A stretch of 64,000 nucleotides of DNA from Candidatus Nomurabacteria bacterium RIFCSPHIGHO2_12_FULL_42_19 (GTDB lineage Bacteria > Patescibacteriota > Minisyncoccia > Phycocordibacterales > UBA9973): positions 552-64,551 of the forward strand of contig MFUM01000009.1 in assembly GCA_001786955.1 (NCBI GenBank), read 5' to 3'. The notes under the pieces were generated by a model. The model saw nothing but the letters and a program-made list of their open reading frames with translations, made no database searches and was not told the DNA's origin. The position numbers were made by a program, and so were the translations under genes. Within the stretch, counting starts at the first letter, position 1. Every line of letters begins with the position of its first letter. This document shows, piece after piece, positions 28,588-37,289 of this stretch.

Positions 28588-29925
28588 CTATTTTTTAGTC
28601 AATAAAATCATCAAATCGGAAACGTTGGCACCGGTGGGACCGGTCATAATCATATTCCCGGTTTTTTGGAAAAATGTATAGGAATCAAATCTTTCCAGAT
28701 ATTCCCCCGCATCTAGCCCAAATTTTTCTCCTTTTTCTAATGTTTTTTTATCAACAATTGCCCCGGCAACATCGCTATTATCCATACCGTCGGACGCAAA
28801 TGATATAAAAACAGAGTTTTCATCAACCATTTTCATTTTTATGGCCTGAAGTCCCATATGAAGGCTTCTGCCTCCTTTTCCTTTTTTATCCTTAATTTCA
28901 ATGCTTGGCTCTCCGGCGGCCAAGCTAACGAAGCCAGAAAAGGGTTTTTGAGTGGTCTGGGGATTTTTTCCGAGGACCCGAAAAAATCCTTTTCTGGCTT
29001 CGTTATGAATAGAAAAAATTTTTTTTAATGCTCCGCCAATTTCATCATATAATTCAGTTGAAATTATCTTGGGTTTCAAGCCAAATTCTTCTCCTTTTTT
29101 CGCCATCGCCTCTACCGCCGTTTTATTGGAAACCAAGACAAAATTACGGACTTTTTCAAAATATTTATCTTCTTTCGGTGTTTCTGTCAAATCAAAATGC
29201 CCTAAATCATATTTCCTAATTATCGTTTCCGCATCCGCAACCGTCGTCTCGTCTTTATAGGTCGGCCCGGACGCCACATCGCAAAAACGATCCCCCGGTA
29301 TATCGGAAAAAATAAGGCCGATAACCGTTGCCGGATAAGCAATTTTAGCCAAGCCGCCGCCTTTGAGTAATGAAAGGTGTTTTCTAACCGTATTGATTTC
29401 GGTTATTGTCTTGCCTGTTTTTAAAAATGAATCATAAAGTTTTATCCCCTGCTCGCATTCTTCTTCCGTATAGCAGAGCAAGGCCGAACCCCCGCCCGAA
29501 ACCAAAACAATTACTAAATCTTCTTTGTCGGAATCTTTTATTGTTTCATATATTTTTTCTCCGCCTTCCAGGTTTATTTCGGACGGCCTCGGATGGGTGC
29601 CAGCAAAAATTTCAATATATCTGCTGGGAATTTTTTGAAGGCCGATAACGGCGCCTTCTTTGATTCTGGATCCTAAGATTTTTTCCAATGCGACAGCCGC
29701 ATCGCAGGAAGCTTTGCCAAAACCGACTACTTTTATATTTTTAAATTTAGATAAATCAAAACTTTCCCCCATAACGTTTATAACATTACCTTCCAACTTG
29801 AGAGAACGGGAAATTGCTTCCTTGGTATCAATGGCATCTAGTCCCGCTTCGGCGATTAAAAGCGCCTTCTCCCTATTCGGACTTGTCGCCAGTTCATTAA
29901 AATTTTTTATCCAACGCTTGTCCAT
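28588..29925 (-). CDS. glycerate 2-kinase (DUF4147 + MOFRL)
   Basis: GFGKAS, HPRP, LVSGGGSAL, INTVRKHLS..KGGGL, SDG.D, TGPTGANVSD. Confidence 0.9.
   Translation of the reverse strand: MDKRWIKNFNELATSPNREKALLIAEAGLDAIDTKEAISRSLKLEGNVINVMGESFDLSKFKNIKVVGFGKASCDAAVALEKILGSRIKEGAVIGLQKIPSRYIEIFAGTHPRPSEINLEGGEKIYETIKDSDKEDLVIVLVSGGGSALLCYTEEECEQGIKLYDSFLKTGKTITEINTVRKHLSLLKGGGLAKIAYPATVIGLIFSDIPGDRFCDVASGPTYKDETTVADAETIIRKYDLGHFDLTETPKEDKYFEKVRNFVLVSNKTAVEAMAKKGEEFGLKPKIISTELYDEIGGALKKIFSIHNEARKGFFRVLGKNPQTTQKPFSGFVSLAAGEPSIEIKDKKGKGGRSLHMGLQAIKMKMVDENSVFISFASDGMDNSDVAGAIVDKKTLEKGEKFGLDAGEYLERFDSYTFFQKTGNMIMTGPTGANVSDLMILLTKK
28926..29005. repeat. long-IR element in frame in glycerate kinase
   Basis: 18 bp perfect IR taacgaagccagaaaagg / ccttttctggcttcgtta; inner tggtctgg...ccgaggacc. 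Confidence 0.85.
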
Positions 29926-29927
29926 TT

Positions 29928-30920
29928 TTATTTAATTAAATTAATCGGGTTTCCAGAAATAAAGCTTTTTATATTATCTATGGTTGTCTGTTGTATTGAT
30001 GCTATCGCTTCTCGGGTATAAAAGGCCATATGGGGAGACACCATCACATTCGGCATTTTTATCAGTTCGTGGTTCAAGGCAACAATTTTTTTTATTTCTT
30101 CGTTTTCGGCATTTTGGACATTCTGGAGCTGCTTCTCTCCTTCAAGCACATCAAGCCCCGCTCCAGCGATAATTCCCTCTTTAAGACCTCTAATCAAGGC
30201 TTCGGTATCTACAAGTTCCCCGCGGGCAGTATTAATCAGATAAACACCTTTTTTCATCATGGAAATATTTTCTTTGTTTATCAGATGATGATTTTCTTTG
30301 GTATAGGGAATGTGCAGGGTTATAATGTCGGATTGCGAAACCACCTCGGCAAAGCTTTTGTATTCAAAATTGTTTTCTTTGACAAACGCCGCATCCGGAT
30401 ACAAATCAAACGCCAACACATTCATTTCAAATCCTTTTGCAATTTTAATAACGTTCTTGCCAATCTTTCCCGTGCCAATAACGCCCAAAGTTTTGCCTTC
30501 CAAATTAAAACCCTCCATCCATGGCAAGTAATTATAATTAAGCGTTTCCTTGAGGTATGTGTTTGATGTTGCAATCTTCCTGGACAGATTGAGCATCAAA
30601 CCAAATGCAAACTCGGCGACGGTGTGAGAACCGTAAGCCGGCACGCTGGCCACCCTAATTCCTTTACCAAAAGCATATTCGCAATCAATGTGGTTAAATC
30701 CAGTAGAGCGCGTGGTTATAAATTTCAAATTCACCATTTTATCAATAGTGTTTTTGTTTATATCGGAATCTACAAAAACTGAAATAATATCGGCATCTTT
30801 CGCCAAATCAGCATTATTCTCAGTTAATCTTTCCTCATAAAAAACTAGTTCAGAACCGCTCAAGGATTGTGAGAAAACAGATTGTTCCGCTTTCGGCACT
30901 TCAAAAAATATAATTTTCAT
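29928..30920 (-). CDS. D-isomer-specific 2-hydroxyacid dehydrogenase (D-LDH-like)
   Basis: TRSTGFNHID, VAEF, GVIGTGKIG, LINTARG, GAGLDVLE, SPHMAFYT; start moved to MKIIFF. Confidence 0.92.
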   Translation of the reverse strand: MKIIFFEVPKAEQSVFSQSLSGSELVFYEERLTENNADLAKDADIISVFVDSDINKNTIDKMVNLKFITTRSTGFNHIDCEYAFGKGIRVASVPAYGSHTVAEFAFGLMLNLSRKIATSNTYLKETLNYNYLPWMEGFNLEGKTLGVIGTGKIGKNVIKIAKGFEMNVLAFDLYPDAAFVKENNFEYKSFAEVVSQSDIITLHIPYTKENHHLINKENISMMKKGVYLINTARGELVDTEALIRGLKEGIIAGAGLDVLEGEKQLQNVQNAENEEIKKIVALNHELIKMPNVMVSPHMAFYTREAIASIQQTTIDNIKSFISGNPINLIK

Positions 30921-30940
30921 AACTTTATTATAACCCAATA

Positions 30941-31321
30941 TTACCACTTAAGCCAATTTGCAAAAAAGGAAAAAACTCCTGAAGAAGAATCGGTTTTTGG
31001 GACTATGGGCGGATTTTTATCTTCCACCACCACAATCACACCTTCCCCTTCTTTTGCTAGGCCAAAATTTTCCCGGAAAAATTTTTCTTTCCCCTGGTCT
31101 GTTCCCAGGCTGTTTATATCGGATGAATATTTTTCCTTCTGCTGCTTGAGCGCGGCAACTTTATCTTCGGCAATTTTTTTATTCCTGCCGGTTTCTTCCA
31201 TCTTGCCCCAAAAACCCAGAATATTCCAGGCAAAAATCAGTATTAAAATTCCAAAAAATATCAGGACAGGTTTTGATCGCATTGTATTTGTCCACACTCT
31301 CTTTTGTTGAAAATTTATCAT
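30941..31321 (-). CDS. septum formation initiator (DivIC/FtsB-like)
   Basis: TM + coiled coil + EKFFRENFGLAKEGEGVIVV. Confidence 0.8.
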   Translation of the reverse strand: MINFQQKRVWTNTMRSKPVLIFFGILILIFAWNILGFWGKMEETGRNKKIAEDKVAALKQQKEKYSSDINSLGTDQGKEKFFRENFGLAKEGEGVIVVVEDKNPPIVPKTDSSSGVFSFFANWLKW

Positions 31322-31340
31322 GATGTGATACATTAAGTAT

Positions 31341-31448
31341 ATGCTTTTCAACAAAAAACATCAAAAGAAAATCCAGGTCGTCTGGGCGGTGGTTAGCGTA
31401 TTGATTATTATCAGCATGATATTGCTGTATTCCCCGATATTCGGATAA
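31341..31448 (+). CDS. small membrane protein (35 aa)
   Basis: MLFNKKHQKKIQVVWAVVSVLIIISMILLYSPIFG; basic N-terminus plus TM; below ORF-track cutoff. Confidence 0.6.
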   Translation: MLFNKKHQKKIQVVWAVVSVLIIISMILLYSPIFG

Positions 31449-31464
31449 AAAATTTAATCGGGGT

Positions 31465-33414
31465 TTATTCCCCGGCGCGCATCATCTTCAGAAACACATC
31501 TTGGGGAATGTTTACCCTGCCTCTTTCTTTCATTTTTTTCTTTCCCTTTTTCTGTTTTTCGCGAAGTTTCATTTTGCGGGTAATATCTCCCCCATACATG
31601 TGCTGGGTTACATCTTTTTTCATGCCGGAAAGAGTGCGGGAAGAAATGATGCGCCCGAGCGCCTTGCCTTGAATTTTTAAAGTAAACATCTGCCGGGGCA
31701 GCAGGCTTTCCAGTTTTTCAACCGCTTTTTCGGCTTCTTCGGCCGCTCTTTTTTTAGAAACAACCCGGGAAAAAGCCGGCACGATTTCATCGGCGACTAT
31801 CAGGTCAAGTCTGGTAACATTCGCTTCGCGCATTTCCCCTATTTCATAAGATATGGAGCCATAGCCCGATGAAACGCTTTTTAATTCATCAAAGAAATTT
31901 CTCATAAGTTCACGGAGGGGCATTTCTACAGATATAGTTGAACGGTTATCCCCGAAATTTTCCGTGTTGCCAACCTCCCCTTCGTGGTCAAAAAGCAATT
32001 GCATGATATTGCCGATATATTTTACCGGAGTGATGATTTTCAATCGGACCCAAGGTTCGAATACGGCCTCTATATTGCCGTCATCAGGAAAAAAATACGG
32101 AGAATAAACCCGCACACTTTTTCTCTGGTCGTTTTTCAAACGCGCTTCTGGCGCAACCAGAGAATTAGTGTGCGGGTAAATCTTTTCTTGATTGCTATTT
32201 TTCATTAAAACCTCGTAGGTGATGGATGGAGTAGTGATTACTAAATCCAAATTAAACTCGCGTTTCAGCCTTTCCGTGATGATTTCAAGATGGAGCATTC
32301 CTAAAAATCCGCATCTGAATCCCCGGCCCAGTGAACCGGAAGATTCTTCTTCGTATGAAAAAGCCGAATCGGAAAGCTTTAGTTTCCCCAATGAAAGCTT
32401 TAATTCCGCAAAATCATCCGCATCTTCCGGAAAAACCGAAGCCCAGACAACCGGCAAGGGTTGCATATAGCCCTCAAAAGCCGGCAATGGATTTTTAAAC
32501 ATAGTAATAGTATCTCCCACCGAAGCTATACCCGGTTTCTTTATGCCGGTAACGATATAGCCCGTTTCTCCCGAAGAAAGAAAATCGGCGGGTGTTTCTT
32601 CGGGGGAAAAAGTTCCGACTTCTAGAGCGGTGAATTTTTCGCCCGAAACTGCAAAAAGCAAAGATTCGCCTTTTGTCATCTTGCCGTCAAATACCCGCAC
32701 AAAAACTATTACTCCCCGATGATTTGAATATTTAAAATCAAAAACCAATGCACGGAGCACCCCCTCCGCCTTTGGCACCTCCCCCTTGGCAAGGAGGAGG
32801 GTGGAAGTCGGCTCCGGAACACGTTTTACGACTTCCTGCAGAAGATTCTCCACTCCTTCTCCGGTACGCCCGGAGACCAGCAAAATTTCATTTGGATCGC
32901 AGTTTAAAAGCTTTACAACTTCTTCTTTAACTTCATTTATTCTGGCTAAAGGGGAATCAATTTTAGAGAGCACTGGAATGATTTTAAGGCCATCCAAGCG
33001 CGCCATAGCAAGCGTGGTAAGCGTCTGAGCCTGCACCCCCTGAGTTGAATCTATAAGCAAAATAGAGCCCTCTACGGCCTTTAGGGCGCGGGACACTTCG
33101 TAGGAGAAATCTATATGCCCGGGAGTATCAATTAGATTTAAAATGTAAACCCCATCCTCAGCCTTCCCCGAGGGGGAAGGAATTTGCCCCTCTCCTTTGG
33201 GGAGGGGTTGGGGAGGGGTGTATTTCATGCGGACGGGCTGCATTTTGATGGTAATTCCCCTTTCGCGCTCAAGTTCCATGGAATCCAGAACCTGCTCGCG
33301 CATCTTGCGTGTTTCTATGGTGTGTGTAATTTCAAGCATTCTATCCGCTAAGGTGCTCTTGCCGTGGTCAATATGCGCGATGATAGAAAAATTTCTGATG
33401 TGTTTTATATCCAT
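31465..33414 (-). CDS. lepA: elongation factor 4 (LepA)
   Basis: IRNFSIIAHIDHGKSTLADR, DTPGHIDF, GFRCGFLGMLH, YGGDITRK; start moved to MDIKH. Confidence 0.97.
   Translation of the reverse strand: MDIKHIRNFSIIAHIDHGKSTLADRMLEITHTIETRKMREQVLDSMELERERGITIKMQPVRMKYTPPQPLPKGEGQIPSPSGKAEDGVYILNLIDTPGHIDFSYEVSRALKAVEGSILLIDSTQGVQAQTLTTLAMARLDGLKIIPVLSKIDSPLARINEVKEEVVKLLNCDPNEILLVSGRTGEGVENLLQEVVKRVPEPTSTLLLAKGEVPKAEGVLRALVFDFKYSNHRGVIVFVRVFDGKMTKGESLLFAVSGEKFTALEVGTFSPEETPADFLSSGETGYIVTGIKKPGIASVGDTITMFKNPLPAFEGYMQPLPVVWASVFPEDADDFAELKLSLGKLKLSDSAFSYEEESSGSLGRGFRCGFLGMLHLEIITERLKREFNLDLVITTPSITYEVLMKNSNQEKIYPHTNSLVAPEARLKNDQRKSVRVYSPYFFPDDGNIEAVFEPWVRLKIITPVKYIGNIMQLLFDHEGEVGNTENFGDNRSTISVEMPLRELMRNFFDELKSVSSGYGSISYEIGEMREANVTRLDLIVADEIVPAFSRVVSKKRAAEEAEKAVEKLESLLPRQMFTLKIQGKALGRIISSRTLSGMKKDVTQHMYGGDITRKMKLREKQKKGKKKMKERGRVNIPQDVFLKMMRAGE
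32109..32176. repeat. CCCRCAC inverted-repeat element in frame in lepA
   Basis: cccgcacact..ctctggt / accagag..agtgtgcggg flanked by TAAA on both sides; 68+4=72 bp, removal restores EKIYSP. Confidence 0.85.
32759..32800. repeat. CCCCTCC-type palindrome in frame in lepA
   Basis: ccccctccgcctttggcacctcccccttggcaaggaggag encoding LLLAKGEVPKAEGV. Confidence 0.7.
33149..33219. repeat. CCCCTCC-type inverted doublet in frame in lepA
   Basis: accccatcctcagccttccccgagggggaagg...cccctctcctttggggaggggttggggaggggt; encodes TPPQPLPKGEGQIPSPSGKAEDGV; matches 59145-59219. Confidence 0.85.
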
Positions 33415-33425
33415 AAATAAATTTT

Positions 33426-35186
33426 TTAATCCAAAAATCCGCCGGTTTGGTGGTTCCATAAGTTGGCATACATACCATTTTTTTCCAGCAATTCTTTGTG
33501 TGTTCCTTCCTCTACTATCTGCCCTTTATCTAAGACAATAATTCTATCCATTTTCTGAATAGTAGAAAGTCTGTGCGCTATCACTATCGTCGTCTTGCCT
33601 TTCATCAATTCGTTGAAAGCATCCTGAATATAATGCTCGCTGACGCTATCAAGTGAACTAGTCGCTTCATCCAGCATCAATATCGGAGAATCTTTGAGCA
33701 TGGCGCGGGCTATGGCTACTCTTTGCCTTTCGCCTCCTGAAAGTTTAATCCCCCGCTCTCCAACCAAAGTGTCGTAGCCATGGGGTAATTTAGAAATAAA
33801 TTCATGGGCATGGGCTTTTTTGGCAACGTCAATAATTTCTCCTTCACTTGCATTTGGTTTGCTGTAAGCGATATTATCTCTAATACTTCGGTGAAACAAA
33901 ATCGGCTCTTGGGATATATAAGAGATGTGTTTTCGTAAATTATCCTGAGTTATTTTTCTTATATCCTGACCGTCAATTAGAATTTCACCGCTAGTTATGT
34001 CAACAAATCGCATAAGAAGTTTGGTAATCGTTGATTTACCTCCGCCGGAATGCCCGACAAGTCCGACTTTTTCGCCTTTTTTTATGCTTAAGGAAAAATT
34101 GTGAAAAACTTCCACATTACCTTCATATTGGAAATCAATGTTATTTATTTCAATATTGCCATCTTTTATTCTGCATTTTTCCGGACGAGGCAAATCAAGA
34201 ACATCAGGCGTGCGTTTAAATATGTCAACCATCTCTTTCATGTCCGAGGATGCTTCGGTAAACTTGACTAATGCACGCCCTAAATCCCAAAAATAATTTC
34301 CTATGGTTATGGAATAACTTTGAATCAAAACAAACATTCCGGCCGTTATCTTTCCGGAAATCCAGAGTTCAACAGCCAAGAATAAACAGATAATTTGGAC
34401 TGACACAGTAAGAACGGACTGTACGATTAATTGTCGATTAGAAAAATTCCATGCTCGCAATCGTAGAAAATGTACCTCCTCTGTTGCTTCTCCAAATCTA
34501 TCTATTTCCCTCATCGAAGCGGAGGAAGATTTGGTAGATAGAATGTTGGTTAATGCATCAGCAAGATATCCGGTAATCCGTGAATCTGCGTCAGCTTTTT
34601 CTATATAATATCTGATTTTTCTCTTAGATAGAAAAACCGCAATAAATACGTAAATGGAATAAATGCCAAGAAATACGTATGCTATGGGGGGAGATTGAAT
34701 AAAAAAAACAATAAAAATTGCAACAAAAGCAACCAACGGATTCCAAAAATTATCAATAGCCATATCATGCATAGATTCAAAAGATTTTACGAATTTCTTC
34801 GTTTTGTTTACCAGAGAACCAGAAAAATTATCCGCAAAAAAAAGGTAAGAATGGTTTTGCAACTTACTGAAAGCAAGATTATCCAAATCTCTCATTACAT
34901 TCGATTGAAATTCTGAAAGCATAAATTGACCGAATCTTACTAAAACATTAGCAATAATGAAGGTAAATGCTATAAAGGCAACATAATGAAAAAGGGAGTC
35001 GGCTAATACATGCCTATCTATATTGGTATTTGCGACCAAATCAACAATTTTTTTATAAAAAATTGGTACAACAGTGTTAGACAATAAAGGCCTGGCGGCA
35101 TAAAGAAGAAATATGCCGTAAAACTGCCATTTATATTTAGAAATGGTAGGCCAGATATAGGAAAATGAATCTTTAAAATTAAACAT
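33426..35186 (-). CDS. ABC transporter, fused permease/ATPase (ABCB exporter)
   Basis: 6 TM N-terminus, GHSGGGKST, LSGGERQR, MLDEATSSLD, IAHRLST. Confidence 0.95.
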   Translation of the reverse strand: MFNFKDSFSYIWPTISKYKWQFYGIFLLYAARPLLSNTVVPIFYKKIVDLVANTNIDRHVLADSLFHYVAFIAFTFIIANVLVRFGQFMLSEFQSNVMRDLDNLAFSKLQNHSYLFFADNFSGSLVNKTKKFVKSFESMHDMAIDNFWNPLVAFVAIFIVFFIQSPPIAYVFLGIYSIYVFIAVFLSKRKIRYYIEKADADSRITGYLADALTNILSTKSSSASMREIDRFGEATEEVHFLRLRAWNFSNRQLIVQSVLTVSVQIICLFLAVELWISGKITAGMFVLIQSYSITIGNYFWDLGRALVKFTEASSDMKEMVDIFKRTPDVLDLPRPEKCRIKDGNIEINNIDFQYEGNVEVFHNFSLSIKKGEKVGLVGHSGGGKSTITKLLMRFVDITSGEILIDGQDIRKITQDNLRKHISYISQEPILFHRSIRDNIAYSKPNASEGEIIDVAKKAHAHEFISKLPHGYDTLVGERGIKLSGGERQRVAIARAMLKDSPILMLDEATSSLDSVSEHYIQDAFNELMKGKTTIVIAHRLSTIQKMDRIIVLDKGQIVEEGTHKELLEKNGMYANLWNHQTGGFLD

Positions 35187-35242
35187 AAAAATCGGCTTGG
35201 ATAAGCTTTTTCGATTCTAGCAGAAAAAGCCCATATTTCAAA

Positions 35243-35561
35243 CCCCCACACCTTTTGTTTTATGGCTTCAGATCATATAATAGTCATTATGTACTATGTA
35301 TATATTTTGAAGAGCTTGAAAGATGAAAAATTATATATTGGTTCAACCAATGATCTGAAGCGAAGACTTTCGGAACACAATAATGGACTTAATCGTTCAA
35401 CGAAAGCGAGGCGGCCTTTCGAACTGAGATATTATGAAGCTTGTGCCAGTAAATATGATGCAAGAAAAAGAGAATATGCGCTAAAAAAAGACGGTAAAGC
35501 CTTAGGCCAATTAAAAAGAAGAATCTCCGAAAGTCTTCAATAAAAACGAAAGGTGTGGGGG
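35243..35561 (+). mobile_element. putative mini mobile element: GIY-YIG gene bounded by terminal inverted repeats
   Basis: acccccacaccttttgttttat (35242-35263) / ataaaaacgaaaggtgtgggggt (35540-35562); TCAAA direct repeat 35238-35242 and 35562-35566. Confidence 0.65.
35289..35543 (+). CDS. stand-alone GIY-YIG nuclease
   Basis: MYYVYILKS...LYIGSTNDLKRRLSEHN.G..STK..RP..L.YYEA...DARKRE. Confidence 0.94.
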   Translation: MYYVYILKSLKDEKLYIGSTNDLKRRLSEHNNGLNRSTKARRPFELRYYEACASKYDARKREYALKKDGKALGQLKRRISESLQ

Positions 35562-37277
35562 TCAAAGCTCTTCCTGGGACGGCGCGATGACTTCTGCGCG
35601 CCAGAATTTTGTTTTCAGAGTCTTGATGAGGTCATTCAATTCTTCGCTTTTAAGCAGATACAAAACTACAATGGCGGCCATTATGCCTAAAATCCCGGAA
35701 ATGAAGCCTTGTAAAAATACGCCCCAGAATGTTGTCGTGCCAAAAACCGGGGAAAATGCGTTCAGGCTCAAATAAGACACCAATCCTAAAAAAAACGACG
35801 CGCCTAAACTTTGAAAAAAGGTTTTGGTAATAAAAGATTCATCCGGCATAAAATCTCTCTTTATAAAAATCCAGTGCAAAATAAAATTTAAAATAGTTCC
35901 GATGGAATATGCGAGCGGAAGCATCAATACTTCGGTCCCGGCAATGTCGTTCACTTTAAGCAGTGATTCCATAAAATAACGGAACAAGAGCGCGTTTTTA
36001 AAAAAATAAATAAATACATAAGACAAGATTATAATCAGGACAGAACAGGAAAAATTCACCAAGAGTGGGCGCTTGGTATTGCCGGTCGCATAATAAGAGC
36101 GGGACAAAAGAGCAATCATTCCCTGCGCGAGAATTGAAACGGAAAAAATCGCGAGACCGGCCGCCACCAGACGGGTATCGTCCCAAGAAAAAGACCCGGA
36201 ACCGAGAATCACGCGCACAATCTGCGCCCGCAGCACGATGAAGAGAAAGATTACGGGAAGCGACCAAAAGACGATTGCCCGGGCAGTTGACTTTAAATGT
36301 TTTTTAAATTCGTCCTTCCGGCCACCGGAAAAAGATTTTGCCAAAGTGGGAAAGGCCGCCACCGCGTAAGATATGCCGATAATGTTCAGCGGCACCGACT
36401 GAAGATTGAATGAGAAATTAAATATGGAAATGGAGCCGCTTTTTAAAAACGAAGCCAGGGCAATAATGCTGATTAGGGCGATGTTGTTAAAAGCGAGGCC
36501 CAGGGTTCTGGGAAATGAAGCTGCTGCCGCCTGTTTAATATCCTTAAAATTGACTGAAGGCGAAAATTTAAGCGTAAATCCGCAAGAGCGAGACGCATAA
36601 AATTGTATTCCAAGATGCATCAGGGCGCCAAGCACGACGCCTATCGCCAGCCCGTAAATTCCAAAAATCGGATAAAAAAATAAAACACCGGCGATAATTC
36701 CTAAGTTGTAAAAAATCGGGCTTAAAGAATAGATAAAAAACTTGTGAAAAAGCTGGGTTACCGTGCCGAAAAGATTGGAAAGACCCATTAAAATCGGAGA
36801 GAGCAGCATTATCCGTGAAAGTAAAATAAGTTTCTCTTGGAAAAGCGGAGCAAAGCCCGGAGCAATAAGAGGAGCTAAATATGGCATGAGAAAAAAAGCA
36901 GCAAGAGAAACAAATATCATCAAGCTGAAAAAAACGGTAAAAATGTCATTCAAATATTTTTGGGCTTCAGAAGTTGCTTTCCCCCCGTCCCCGCCTACTC
37001 CCGAACCATCGTGAGAGCGGGCAGGCATTTTTGCCGCCATAAAAGGTATGAGCACCGTTACGGAAGCCAACGATGCTATGCAGATAAAAATCAGGTCCGG
37101 CACACGAAAAGCGGCATAATAAGCATCCAGAGAGGAAGAAGGCCCGATAAAATGCGCGATGGAACGGTCGCGGAAAAGGGCCAAAATTTGAGAAAATAAA
37201 GTAAAACAGCCCAAAAGGAGCGCGGCCTGGTTGATATTCCCATATTCTTTGCCGAAAATTCTTAGGATTTTCTCCAT
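35562..37277 (-). CDS. murJ: lipid II flippase MurJ (MviN)
   Basis: SQILALFRDR, DAYYAAFRVPD, PIFYN, SYAVAAFPTL, RSYYA..NTKRP. Confidence 0.93.
   Translation of the reverse strand: MEKILRIFGKEYGNINQAALLLGCFTLFSQILALFRDRSIAHFIGPSSSLDAYYAAFRVPDLIFICIASLASVTVLIPFMAAKMPARSHDGSGVGGDGGKATSEAQKYLNDIFTVFFSLMIFVSLAAFFLMPYLAPLIAPGFAPLFQEKLILLSRIMLLSPILMGLSNLFGTVTQLFHKFFIYSLSPIFYNLGIIAGVLFFYPIFGIYGLAIGVVLGALMHLGIQFYASRSCGFTLKFSPSVNFKDIKQAAAASFPRTLGLAFNNIALISIIALASFLKSGSISIFNFSFNLQSVPLNIIGISYAVAAFPTLAKSFSGGRKDEFKKHLKSTARAIVFWSLPVIFLFIVLRAQIVRVILGSGSFSWDDTRLVAAGLAIFSVSILAQGMIALLSRSYYATGNTKRPLLVNFSCSVLIIILSYVFIYFFKNALLFRYFMESLLKVNDIAGTEVLMLPLAYSIGTILNFILHWIFIKRDFMPDESFITKTFFQSLGASFFLGLVSYLSLNAFSPVFGTTTFWGVFLQGFISGILGIMAAIVVLYLLKSEELNDLIKTLKTKFWRAEVIAPSQEEL
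36990..37025 (-). repeat. CYTG-hairpin element, in frame in murJ (PARSHDGSGVGG)
   Basis: cctg-cccgc-tctcacgatggttcgggagtag-gcggg, 36 bp. Confidence 0.75.
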
Positions 37278-37289
37278 CCTATTATAAAT

